Part shown: piece after piece, positions 10,651-19,028 of the stretch
Numbering within the stretch: the stretch's first letter is position 1
How the letters are laid out: every line of letters starts with the position of its first letter
Assembly (NCBI RefSeq): GCF_006345805.1
Contig: NW_021824296.1
Location: 1 to 19,028, forward strand
Source of the DNA: Octopus sinensis
Lineage: Eukaryota
Direction: 5' to 3'
Length of the DNA stretch: 19,028 bases
Notes under the pieces: generated by a model
What the model was told of the DNA's origin: nothing
Database searches by the model: none
What the model saw: only the letters and a program-made list of their open reading frames with translations
Position numbers and translations under genes: made by a program

Positions 10651-11134
10651 CATAAACAAGTGCACACACACACACGTATGGATACGTAAAAATTCAAGAA
10701 CTAAAACGGTAAACGAAAATTTAATTGCATGAAAAAGAAAATAACAACATAATACAGAGCTAGGCTCCTTTGTTGGTTTTTCGTATTTCAATTTTCGGGT
10801 CCCCCGCTATCGGCATGTGATGATCCCGTGACGACTTTTAAGCAACACCAGATGGAGTGGCGAGGATTTACACCCAAATGAAATACAGACCCCAGGGTGG
10901 GAAATGTTGTAAAACAACCCAGGCTTGTCCTCGTCTTAAGGAAAGGCAAGCAGCCCAACCAAGTACACATGAACGCGCACATAAACATGAGCATACATAC
11001 ATAAATAAATATATATATATATATATATATAAGTCAAAATGAGGGTGAAAAAAATTGGATATTAATTTAATAACATCAATTTAAACACCAGTGGTTTAAG
11101 CGCATAAAGGACTGAGATTCAGTAAATATTATTA

Positions 11135-11271
11135 ATACACAAATATGAGAGAGAATCCACACTATGCGCTAAATTTTTTCTTGAGAACAATTCTTAGTGG
11201 TGAGTCCCTTTGCGGATCTATCTCTAGCGTAAGAGCGTCCGCATAGTGGATTCTCTCTCATATTTGTGTAT
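11135..11271. repeat. Fold-back element with 32-bp inverted arms
   Basis: ATACACAAATATGAGAGAGAATCCAC(AC)TATGCG 11135-11168 versus CGCATAGTGGATTCTCTCTCATATTTGTGTAT 11240-11271; single 2-nt bulge, 71-nt spacer. Confidence 0.9.
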
Positions 11272-11343
11272 ATATATAAGATTAATTAATTTATATTGTT
11301 TTAAATATATATCAAAATTATTTAAAAAAAAGATAATTATTAT

Positions 11344-11410
11344 AACACTACGATCGTTTCATGGCTGTCCAATTCGTAAAATTCGAGTTACAGTCATTCT
11401 TCAGGTGATT
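11344..11410 (-). ncRNA. Type I hammerhead ribozyme motif
   Basis: Minus strand reads AATCAC-CTGAAGA-[37-nt hairpin]-GAAAC-GATC-GTA-GTGTT: intact core, palindromic helix III ACGATCGT, GUA triplet, stem I CAC/GTG extendable over a bulge. Confidence 0.75.
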
Positions 11411-11897
11411 GAAATATTTAACTTGGCGAGGTTTAATCAATTGTGTCCGGGGAGAATTATTCTGTTTTAATGCCATATTACTTGACACACTCACCGATTC
11501 GATTTCCACTCATTTACTTTTATTTTTTTCCTAAAATTCTCGTAATAAAACCACCCCACACTACCCCCCAAAAAAAACTGGCGATTGTTGTTTGTGGTGG
11601 TGGTGGTATGGTAGTGGTTTAATAGTTTTTAAAGTGGTAAACGGTCGCTCAGACAAAAATAAAAAATAAAAAAACAATAATTAGTTAAACCTTTATAAAT
11701 GTTGTAACGGAAGCAAATTTCACGAAAGACTTCGAAGAATGAAAAAAAAAATAGATGGAGAATGGTTGGGGGGGGAGAGGGAGAATAGACACAGCATGGA
11801 TGGATGTCATGTAAGGATCACGTGAGGAACTAACCCCCTCTCCCCCCCAAAAACCCCACATACAATCATGTGTGTGTGTGCGTGTGCGTGCGTGTGA

Positions 11898-11928
<31 letters not shown>

Positions 11929-12176
11929 CGTGTTAAGCGATACGAATGCAATCGTTTATAAGAATAAGTCTTTATAGGTAAACATACACACTCACACACA
12001 CATACACACACTCACACGCACATACACATCTTGTGTTGAACGTATCAATACATACATTCACATCCACATATATATACATTATGCATATATGATAAATGAT
12101 ATCATTAACACCTGCAGCACTTGAGGAATGCTCTCTTCACTCGCAAGACAGGGATATACTAACGATAATAGCCCGA

Positions 12177-12208
12177 TGATATATATATATATATATAGAT
12201 ATATATAT

Positions 12209-12240
<32 letters not shown>

Positions 12241-12258
12241 GATATATATATATATAGC

Positions 12259-12289
<31 letters not shown>

Positions 12290-12303
12290 TATATAGTTAT
12301 ATA
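12177..12303. repeat. (TA)n microsatellite, interrupted
   Basis: Direct TA runs. Confidence 0.95.
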
Positions 12304-12508
12304 TCCAAACAAGAAAACACAGAAAAAAAACACAGCACGCGAGGACGTGGAACCAATTAAAGTATTATTTTTGACGCTCAGGAAAGAAGGGAAGAAGGAG
12401 GGTTTAACGTTTCGAGCGGAGCTCTTCGTCGGAAACATAGGAGAAGTAAAGATCCCAAGAAGGGAAGACAGAGGAAAAAAATATTTAAGCTGGTGGTGCT
12501 CAAGAGAT
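12304..12508 (-). mobile_element. Short Penelope-like (pLTR-type) remnant between (TA)n tracts
   Basis: About 200-bp purine-biased segment carrying a minimal HHR motif; related in layout to about 13240-13350. Confidence 0.5.
12402..12436 (-). ncRNA. Minimal Penelope-type hammerhead motif (U4-to-C variant)
   Basis: Minus strand GTTT-CCGACGA-A-GAGC-TCC-GCTC-GAAA-CGT-T-AAAC: 4-bp stems I and II, ACGT palindromic helix III, GUU triplet; the core differs from CUGANGA at position 4. Confidence 0.65.
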
Positions 12509-12659
12509 CATATATATATATATATATATATATACATACAGATGCATACAGATACATACAGACACACACACACACACACACAATTATACAGCATATATAT
12601 ATATATCCGTTTGGATGCACCGCACACAATCACCTTATAGTTCACATGCATACACAATC

Positions 12660-12691
12660 ACTCACATGTTTATATATATATATTATATCAT

Positions 12692-12756
<65 letters not shown>

Positions 12757-12760
12757 TATG
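12660..12760. repeat. (TA)n microsatellite
   Basis: Direct TA runs. Confidence 0.95.
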
Positions 12761-12861
12761 TAGTACACACACTCACATGTGCAAAGAAGCATGCGATGAT
12801 GGATGGCATAGTGTATGAGTAAAAACTCGGGCAAGAATTAGTCAACAGAAACAGACGTGGC

Positions 12862-12970
12862 GGCAGCAGCAGCAGTAGTGGTGGTAGTAGTAGTAGTAGT
12901 ATAGTAGTAGTAGTAGTAGTAGTAGTAACGTAGAGGTGATGGTGGTGGTGGTGGTGGTGGTGGTGTGGTT
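12862..12970. repeat. Compound (CAG)/(TAG)/(GTG)n microsatellite
   Basis: Direct trinucleotide runs. Confidence 0.9.
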
Positions 12971-13277
12971 GTAGGTAACATCACAACAGTAAAGGTACGG
13001 TCTGTGCGCGCGCTTGTTTTGAAGAGCACTTTGGGACGAAGCCTAAGCGATAACAATAAACGGCTGACGAACGAACATTTTAATTAGATAACAGCGATTT
13101 GTTTGATAACATTATCTCTGGTTATAATAAACATTCCACTATCAATAGGCATGTGTATGTGCGTGTGCAATACAATTTTCAGTCACGTTGGAAAGAAGTA
13201 AGGCGAAGCGTACGAGGGACGACAGAGCAAAAATCTGTTTCACTAATGGCTTTTCTTTCCACTTTGTTCTCTCCTCG

Positions 13278-13313
13278 CTTGCTGATGAAGAACTTACATC
13301 CGAAACGTTACAT
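13278..13313 (+). ncRNA. Degenerate minimal hammerhead motif
   Basis: CTTG-CTGATGA-A-GAA-CTTACA-TCC-GAAA-CGT-T-ACA: intact core and ACGT helix III, but one stem II mismatch and a stem I out of register by one base. Confidence 0.5.
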
Positions 13314-13429
13314 GACTTTCTATTCCTTTTGGGCGTTAAAATATTTTGTCTTTGTTATTTTTTCTCATTGTTACTTTCCACACTGTACACACACACACAC
13401 ACATAGTTAATCCAAAGGATTATCGAAGT

Positions 13430-13581
13430 TGTTTCAGTTTCTGTCAACCAAATCCGGAACACAAGGCTTTTTTGGTAGACACGATGCTAAGGTAGGGGGA
13501 CACTTGTCCTAATTGCCATGCAGTCGGACTGAACTCCAAGCCATGTTGTTGGGAAGCAAACTTCTTAGCACACGGCCATGC
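13430..13581 (-). mobile_element. SINE family A, degraded 5' half
   Basis: TTTCAGTTTCTGTCAACCAAATCC...GGACTGAAC...GGGAAGCAAACTTCTTAGCACACGGCCATGC. Confidence 0.8.
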
Positions 13582-13856
13582 TTGCAGACTGAGAAGGGGA
13601 TGGAGAGAGAGTGAGAAGGGGAAAGGGAGGGAGGAGATGATAATTAGTAATTTAGGTGGGTTGCACACAGGTGTTGCTGGTGCGTCAGGTATGTAACTGA
13701 TTCTACCATATTAAAATCTTGGTACTTGTTTCGCTCATCATGAACAACCCGGAAGTCCCGAATGCGAAATCCGGAACACAAGGCTATGTGATTTGATCTC
13801 GACGAAAAATATCCTGCAAAATATCCTATCCGTTGCTGCACTGACCGACCGACTTA

Positions 13857-14090
13857 AGGAGATTTGAACTCGTGACGTAAAGAGCCGGAACCGAGCAAAT
13901 AACGGTAAAGTATTTTGTCCGGCGCTTTAGTGATTCGCTTAATAATTCATCACAAAAAAAGCAGCGAGCTGACAGAGCACCTCCCCCCAAATTGCGGGCC
14001 TTGTGCTTAGGGTAGAAAAGAATAATTCATGACAGAGGAACAAGACCGTAATTTTGTGGGGTGGGGGTTTAGTCGATTAAATGGGCCCCG
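13857..14090. mobile_element. Cluster of SINE family B fragments in both orientations
   Basis: Minus head fragment ATTTGAACTC... (13857-13940); plus GCAGCGAGCTGACAGA head fused to a GGCCTTGTGC tail (about 13958-14025); minus TTAGTCGATTA fragment. Confidence 0.6.
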
Positions 14091-14115
14091 TTCCAGTCGT
14101 GACGACCACCTAGTG

Positions 14116-14755
14116 CACTGGTTCTCAACCGGGGCTCATACGGCTCCTGGGAGTCCATATAAGATTTTTCGGGATCCATGCAACAAAATCGTAAATTGAC
14201 AACAGTAGTATTTTAAGGGCCCCTGAAAAACCTTCGCTTTAGATGTATGTCTTCTTCTTCTTCTTAATCCTTTTTGCCCCTTGTGGAGCATGGGGCCGAT
14301 TTCCCGGTTTTCCTGGCGTATAGGTTCCCCACCTGGACGGGACGCCGGCCCGTCGCAGGTGAGCTGCAAGAAGAAAGAGTGAGAGCAAGTTGTGGCGAAA
14401 GAGTCAGCAGAAGTTCGCCATTACCTTCTGCCGGAGCCGCGTGATGCTTAGGTGTTTCGCTCATAAACACACACATCGCCCGGTCTGAGATTCGAACCCG
14501 CGATCCCCCGACCGCGAGTCCGCTGCTCTAACCACTAGGCCATGTGCCTCTACACTTAGATGTATGTATTGGTATGTATTGCAAAAAAAAAAAGCAGCGA
14601 GGTTTCTTTCTCTAACATTTTACGTAGTTCACCCTACACAAGTTATTGTGTGAAAAAGCAAAATAGGGATTCCGAAAGAAGTTTCTATGAGACTAGTTTT
14701 TAAAAATCGAATGGCTATCGGGGTCCACCAGAATAGAATAGTAGTAATCAAGCGC
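14116..14755. mobile_element. hAT-type MITE, right end missing, interrupted by SINE C
   Basis: Left end CACTGGTTCTCAACC resembles the Charlie-type TIR CAGTGGTTCTCAA; GGGGTCCA-like subterminal motifs near both ends; no matching right TIR found. Confidence 0.6.
14251..14555 (-). mobile_element. Full-length tRNA-derived SINE family C with 12-bp target-site duplication
   Basis: Head A-box TGGCCTAGTGG and B-box GGTTCGAATCT, (AAG)n tail; perfect TSD TTAGATGTATGT at 14239-14250 and 14556-14567. Confidence 0.93.
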
Positions 14756-14757
14756 GA

Positions 14758-14927
14758 TCCAGTCGTGACCACCTTGTCTTTTGAAGCGGTAACTAGCTCT
14801 CACACTACTGTCAGCAGCTATGTCCTTCTTTCCTTATTTAGTGGTCGAGGGTGGTGGGGAGTGGAGGGGGTGAACGAGGATTTCAACTAAGATTTTTGGC
14901 TGCTGTTTCTAAGCAAGTCGTGCAGAC
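14758..14927. mobile_element. Unclassified dispersed repeat D (reverse orientation)
   Basis: TCCAGTCGTGACCACCTTGTCTTTT ... GATTTTTGGCTGCTGTTTCTAAGCAAGTCG. Confidence 0.6.
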
Positions 14928-15051
14928 CAGGCATGGGCAACCTTTTCCGAGAAGCGGGCCAAGCGGGCCGCAAAAAAAAAAAATTCAAGGTAATTTTTCG
15001 TTAAGCATACCATTCAGCTAAGTCCCGCGAGCCGCAGGTTGCTTATGACTG
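14928..15051. mobile_element. hAT (Charlie-like) MITE, copy 2, internally deleted
   Basis: TIRs CAGGCATGGGCAACCT / AGGTTGCTTATGACTG; shares GAGAAGCGGGCC, GGTAATTTT and CCATTCAGC with 4712-4887; flanks GTGCAGAC/GCGTAGAA (5/8). Confidence 0.8.
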
Positions 15052-15134
15052 GCGTAGAAAATTGTTGTTGTTGCTGCGAATGCTATCGTCGTTATCAAGC
15101 CCCGTAAGATTAAACAAACCTATCAAATAAGGCT

Positions 15135-15293
15135 CTCCAGCCATGACCATCCTGTCTTATTCTCAACCCTAAATGTAATGCACAGGAAGAGTACATTATT
15201 CAGGTGTGGGTGGGACGGGTACTTTCTAAAACCGTGGACTGCGATTTGAGGGAGACTTAGTTGCTATTTCTAACAACTGAAACGACCACGTAG
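15135..15293. mobile_element. Unclassified dispersed repeat D (reverse orientation)
   Basis: CTCCAGCCATGACCATCCTGTCTT ... GATTTGAGGGAGACTTAGTTGCTATTTCTAACAACTGAAACGACCACGTAG. Confidence 0.65.
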
Positions 15294-15822
15294 GTGGTGG
15301 TGGTGGTGGTCCATGGTGGTCGTGATGGTAATCCGATGTTTGGTGTTTACAAATTCCGTTCCTAATTTTTCCTTTGTTTGCTGTTGTTGGCCGTCGTCGT
15401 CGTCGTAGTCGTTGTTATTGTTTTACAACGAAACGAAAAGTAGGCGAGTAACGAAAAGAGAGGGAGAAAAAAAAAAAATAGGGTAACAACGTCGACGGAG
15501 GGGGGAGGGAGGGGATGGTGGTGGTGGGGAGTGGAAACGATAGAGGATTAGTGAGGAGGGGAGGGGGTGATGTAAGGTGGAGTAGAAAGAAGAGGAGAAG
15601 GGGAGGAGGAGGAGGAGGAGGAGGAGGAGGCAACCGAGAAGGTGGTGCCCCGAACGAGGCAAAAATCACCACATGTTGCACATGTGCACACAAGCATAAA
15701 CACATGTGTGTTTATTATAGACTGAACCATGTTGTGCTGTCCATGTATGTATGTATCATCCATATATCGAATGTAGGTTAATATATGCAGGCTTTTCTTT
15801 TTCTTTTTCCTTTTGACCTTCC

Positions 15823-15888
<66 letters not shown>

Positions 15889-15898
15889 ACACACACAC
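15823..15898. repeat. (CA)n microsatellite
   Basis: Direct run. Confidence 0.96.
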
Positions 15899-15930
15899 AA
15901 GTACATACATATACAAGTATACACAGTAGA

Positions 15931-16264
15931 TACTGGTGCTCCGTCGGTCACGACGACGACGAGGGTTCCAGTTGATCCGATCAACGGAACAGCCAGCTCG
16001 TGAAGTTAACGTACAAGTGGCTGAGCACTCCGCAGACACGCGTACGCTTAACGTAGTTCTTAGGGAGCTTCAGCGTGGCACACAGTGTGACAAGGCTGGC
16101 CCTTTTTCGAAATACAGGTACTCCTCATTTTTACTAGCTGAATGTACTAGAGCAACGTAAAATAAAGTATCTTGCTGCAGGACACAACGCGTCGCCGGGA
16201 ATTGAACTCACGATCTTACGACCGCGAGCCGAATGCCCTAACCACTAAGCCAACGCGCCTCCAC
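15931..16264 (-). mobile_element. Full-length tRNA-derived SINE family E
   Basis: Minus head GTGGAGGCGCGTTGGCTTAGTGGTTAGG (A-box), GAGTTCAATTCC (B-box), CORE-like GTTGTGTCCTGCAGCAAGATACTTT...CAGCTAGTAAAAATGAG, 3' end with (GTC)n. Confidence 0.88.
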
Positions 16265-16362
16265 TATATATGCGCATATACAGTAAATATATGTGTGGAT
16301 ATAAATATATATATATATATATAAATACATATATATATATATTCATATTCTTTTAATATTTA

Positions 16363-16761
16363 ATTTTACTAGTTTCAGTTATTAGACTGCGGCCATGCTG
16401 GAGCACCACCTTGGAGATTTTTTTTTTTTGGTCGAATAAACCGACCCGAGTAATTATTTTCTTTTTAAACCTGGTACTTATTCTGTCTGACTCTTTCTTG
16501 CCGAACCGTTGAGTTACAGGGACGTAAGCAAACCAACACCGATTGTCAAGATGTGAGGCGGGGGTGGTCAAACACAAGCACGAAGACACAAACACACGTA
16601 TGTATGTATGTATGTATGTTACTACGGGCTTCTTTCAGTTTCCGTCAACCAAATCCACTCGCAAGGCTTTACTTGGTCCACGGCTATAGAGTAGAGGACG
16701 CTTGCACAAGAACCCAGAACCATATAGTTGGGAAGCAGAATTCTTACCACACACCTGCGCC
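16363..16761 (-). mobile_element. SINE family A, near full length with an internal deletion in the head
   Basis: Colinear with 17229-17609 except between CTTGCACAAG and AACCCAGAACC. Confidence 0.9.
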
Positions 16762-16792
<31 letters not shown>

Positions 16793-16909
16793 ATATGAGT
16801 GTGTGTGTGCGAGTGCGCGCGTTTGTGTGACGGCAGTCCACCGATTCCAGTATGAGTGAGTTGTATGTATGTACAACACGTGTTTATTATAGATCTGCAG
16901 AATCCATAA

Positions 16910-17108
16910 GAGCTCTGGCCAAAACACCTTGCGATTGACATTCCGTTTCCGTCCTGAGTTCAAATCTTTCCTCTGCCTATTTTCCCTTCACCCCTTTCCA
17001 GGGTTTGATAAAATGTAGTTACCACTCGAAATAGTGGGATCGTTGCAATCGACTGTCAACGCCCTTCTGCAAATTCCTCTGGCCTTGGGGTCTCAACGTT
17101 AGAATTTT
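16910..17108 (+). mobile_element. SINE family B, old degraded copy
   Basis: CCTGAGTTCAAATC...TTCACCCCTTTCCAGGGTTTGATAAAAT...GCAATCGACT...GGCCTTG. Confidence 0.65.
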
Positions 17109-17228
17109 TAGGGGGCTTTTCGCTGTCAGGGATTAATCTTGGAACTATGGGTGTTCCTCGATTGGCCCCTAAGTAGAGGTTCCCCTGTACAAGGAGGACA
17201 GCATCATTCGCATTCTTTTACTTATTTA

Positions 17229-17609
17229 TTCTTTTATTTGTTTCGGTCATTTGACTGTGGCCATGCTGGAGCACTGCCTTTAGTCAAACAAATCGACCCC
17301 AAGACTTATTCTTTGTAAGCCTAGCACTTATCCTACAGGTCTCTTTTGCCGAACCGCTAAGTTACGGGGACGTAAACACACCAGCATCGGTTGTCAAGCG
17401 ATATTGGGGGGACAAACTCAGACATACAAATACACACACACACACACATATACGATGGGCTTCTTTCAGTATCCGTCTACCAAATCTACTTACAAGGCTT
17501 TGGTCGGCCCAAGGCTGTAGTGGAAGACACTTGCCCAAGGTGCCACGCACTGGGACTGAACCCGGAGCCATGTGGTTGGGAAGTAAGCTGCTTACCGCAC
17601 AGCCACGCC
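17229..17609 (-). mobile_element. SINE family A, full length
   Basis: Minus head GGCGTGGCTGTGCGGTAAGCAGC...GGTTCAGTCCC, then CCTTGGGCAAGTGTCTT, internal (TG)n, 3' end GACCGAAACAAATAAAAG. Confidence 0.95.
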
Positions 17610-17800
17610 CACATCGTTTGTATACTTTTCCACATTTCACCGTCCTTTCCATTTCCTTCGCACACAAATTGCCGACAGTCCATGTCATGCCCCCCACCCT
17701 CATTTATACCCCTGTGACAAATAAAAGAAAGCACCGTGACAAGTTGACAGAATCGTAAGCACTCGGGACAAAAACTCTAAGCAGCATTTCGGCCGTTTTC

Positions 17801-17892
17801 AAGTACTAGACTTACAAACTGGAGTCGATCTGCACGACTAAACGCGGTGCTCCAGCATGGCCGCAGTCAAATGACTGAAACAAGAATAAAGG
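17801..17892 (+). mobile_element. SINE family A 3' end
   Basis: GCGGTGCTCCAGCATGGCCGCAGTCAAATGACTGAAAC. Confidence 0.88.
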
Positions 17893-17935
17893 AATACATA
17901 CATGCATACAGACAGACAGACCACTGAAAGAAATA

Positions 17936-18545
17936 TTATTTTCTACTATAGGCACAACGCCCAAGATTTGTGGTGAGTCGATCAGATTGACCCAGTATGC
18001 AACTGGTACTTAATTCATCGACCCTCAAAGGATGAAAGGCAAAGTCGACCTCGGCGGAATTTGAACTCATAACTTAAAGGCAAACGAAATACCGCTAAGC
18101 ATTTCGTTCGCGTGCTAACGTTTCTCATTTCTTTATTGCCCACAAGGGGCGAAGCATAGAGGGGACTAACAAGCACAGACAAAGGGATTAAATCGATTAT
18201 ATCGACCTCCAGTGCGTAACTGGTACTTATTTAATCGACCCCGAAAGGGTGAAAGGCAAAGTCGACCTCGGCGGAATTTGAACTCAGGACGTAAAGACAA
18301 ACGAAATAGCTATTTCTTTACTACCCACAATGGGCTAAACACAGAGGGGACGAACAAGGACAGACAAACGGATTAAGTCGATTAGATCGACCCCAGTGCG
18401 TAACTGGTACTTAATTTATCGACCCCGAAAGGATGAAAGGCAAAGTCGACCTCGGCGGAATTTGAACTCAGAACGTAAAGACAAACGAAATATCGCTAAG
18501 CATTTGGTCCGGCGGTACTTTACGTTTCCGTCAGCTCGCCGCCTT
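17936..18545 (-). mobile_element. Three head-to-tail SINE family B copies sharing a single 5' head
   Basis: Bodies at about 17936-18125, 18127-18308 and 18312-18545, each with GGATGAAAGGCAAAGTCGACCTCGGCGGAATTTGAACTCA (one substitution in the middle copy); CAGCTCGCCGCC head present once. Confidence 0.95.
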
Positions 18546-18905
18546 GACTGACCGAAATATCAAAATAAAAACTATTGCCTTCAGTGTATTGCCATCAAAA
18601 CATTCTTTAATATTCACCAGAGATACAACATTCCACAGAGTGGCTGGGGGTTGGAAATGCAGTTAATAAGCTTAGTTGTAGAGAAACAGCGGCCACTTTC
18701 GCTGTCCCTCATCCGCCATGTGAGATAAACTCTATCCCAACCAGAGTCTGATGTTAACCAGGTCGAATCGTGGCTAGGGCAAAGGAGCAACGCTGATGCA
18801 ACCCAGGTGGTTTTTAAAGTATTCATGGGGCCCTAGTGCTGCAACGAAGAATTAGGCCCCTAACCCCAACAAAATAAAGCGAAATTATATCAATTTTCTT
18901 TCTCT

Positions 18906-19028
18906 AAGGTGGCAAGCTGTCAGAAACTTTAGTGCGTCGGACAAAATGCTTAATGGTATGTCTTCCGGTTCATTGCGCGCTAAACTTGAATACTGCTCGG
19001 TTTAGCCTTTTATCCTTTAGGGGTCGAT
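18906..19028 (+). mobile_element. SINE family B 5' part, runs off the window end
   Basis: AAGGTGGCAAGCTGTCAGAAAC...AAAATGCTT...GCCTTTTATCCTTTAGGGGTCGAT. Confidence 0.75.

Noticed and set aside
10790-10960. Non-repetitive segment with a possible minus-strand acceptor (TTGCCTTTCCTTAAG, exon start 10934)
   Set aside because: No convincing donor, no recognisable peptide, weak AAG acceptor; needs RNA-seq.
12110-12150. Minus-strand GTGAAGA-GAG-CATTC-CTC-AAG resembling a decayed HHR
   Set aside because: Both core halves are mutated; insufficient evidence.
13715-13745. Minus-strand ATGATGA-GC-GAAAC-AA-GTA
   Set aside because: C3 missing, no stem II loop and no stem I; compatible with chance.
14484-14555. 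tRNA gene (A and B boxes, partial cloverleaf); likewise 16190-16264
   Set aside because: Continues into a SINE body and tail, with a TSD in the first case; acceptor stem not formed.
18590-18860. Non-repetitive segment with a 70-aa minus ORF (also 9472-9696, 74 aa)
   Set aside because: No recognisable domain or splice structure; lengths expected by chance.

Overview
Gene-poor, AT-rich, microsatellite-dense eukaryotic DNA. The tRNA-derived SINE families and repeat landscape resemble those of octopus genomes (organism inferred, not proven). No protein-coding gene is supported: nearly all supplied ORFs are translations of (TA)n, (CA)n, (TATG)n, (CCA)n or (AAT)n tracts or of SINE bodies. The window holds about 20 copies or fragments of four tRNA-derived SINE families (my labels A, B, C, E), three hAT-type MITEs, an unclassified ~160-bp dispersed repeat (D), a 71-73-bp minisatellite and a possible decayed RTE-LINE endonuclease fragment. 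The most notable signal is not visible in the ORF track: several type I hammerhead ribozyme (HHR) motifs. Two look structurally complete (+2748-2854 and -11344-11410), two are minimal Penelope-type motifs with lesions (-12402-12436 and +13278-13313), one half motif sits in the loop of a perfect 44-bp fold-back (2411-2513), and one is a degraded candidate. Several lie in short elements bounded by (TA)n tracts, suggesting non-autonomous Penelope-like or retrozyme-like elements. All structures were folded by eye and no database search was possible.
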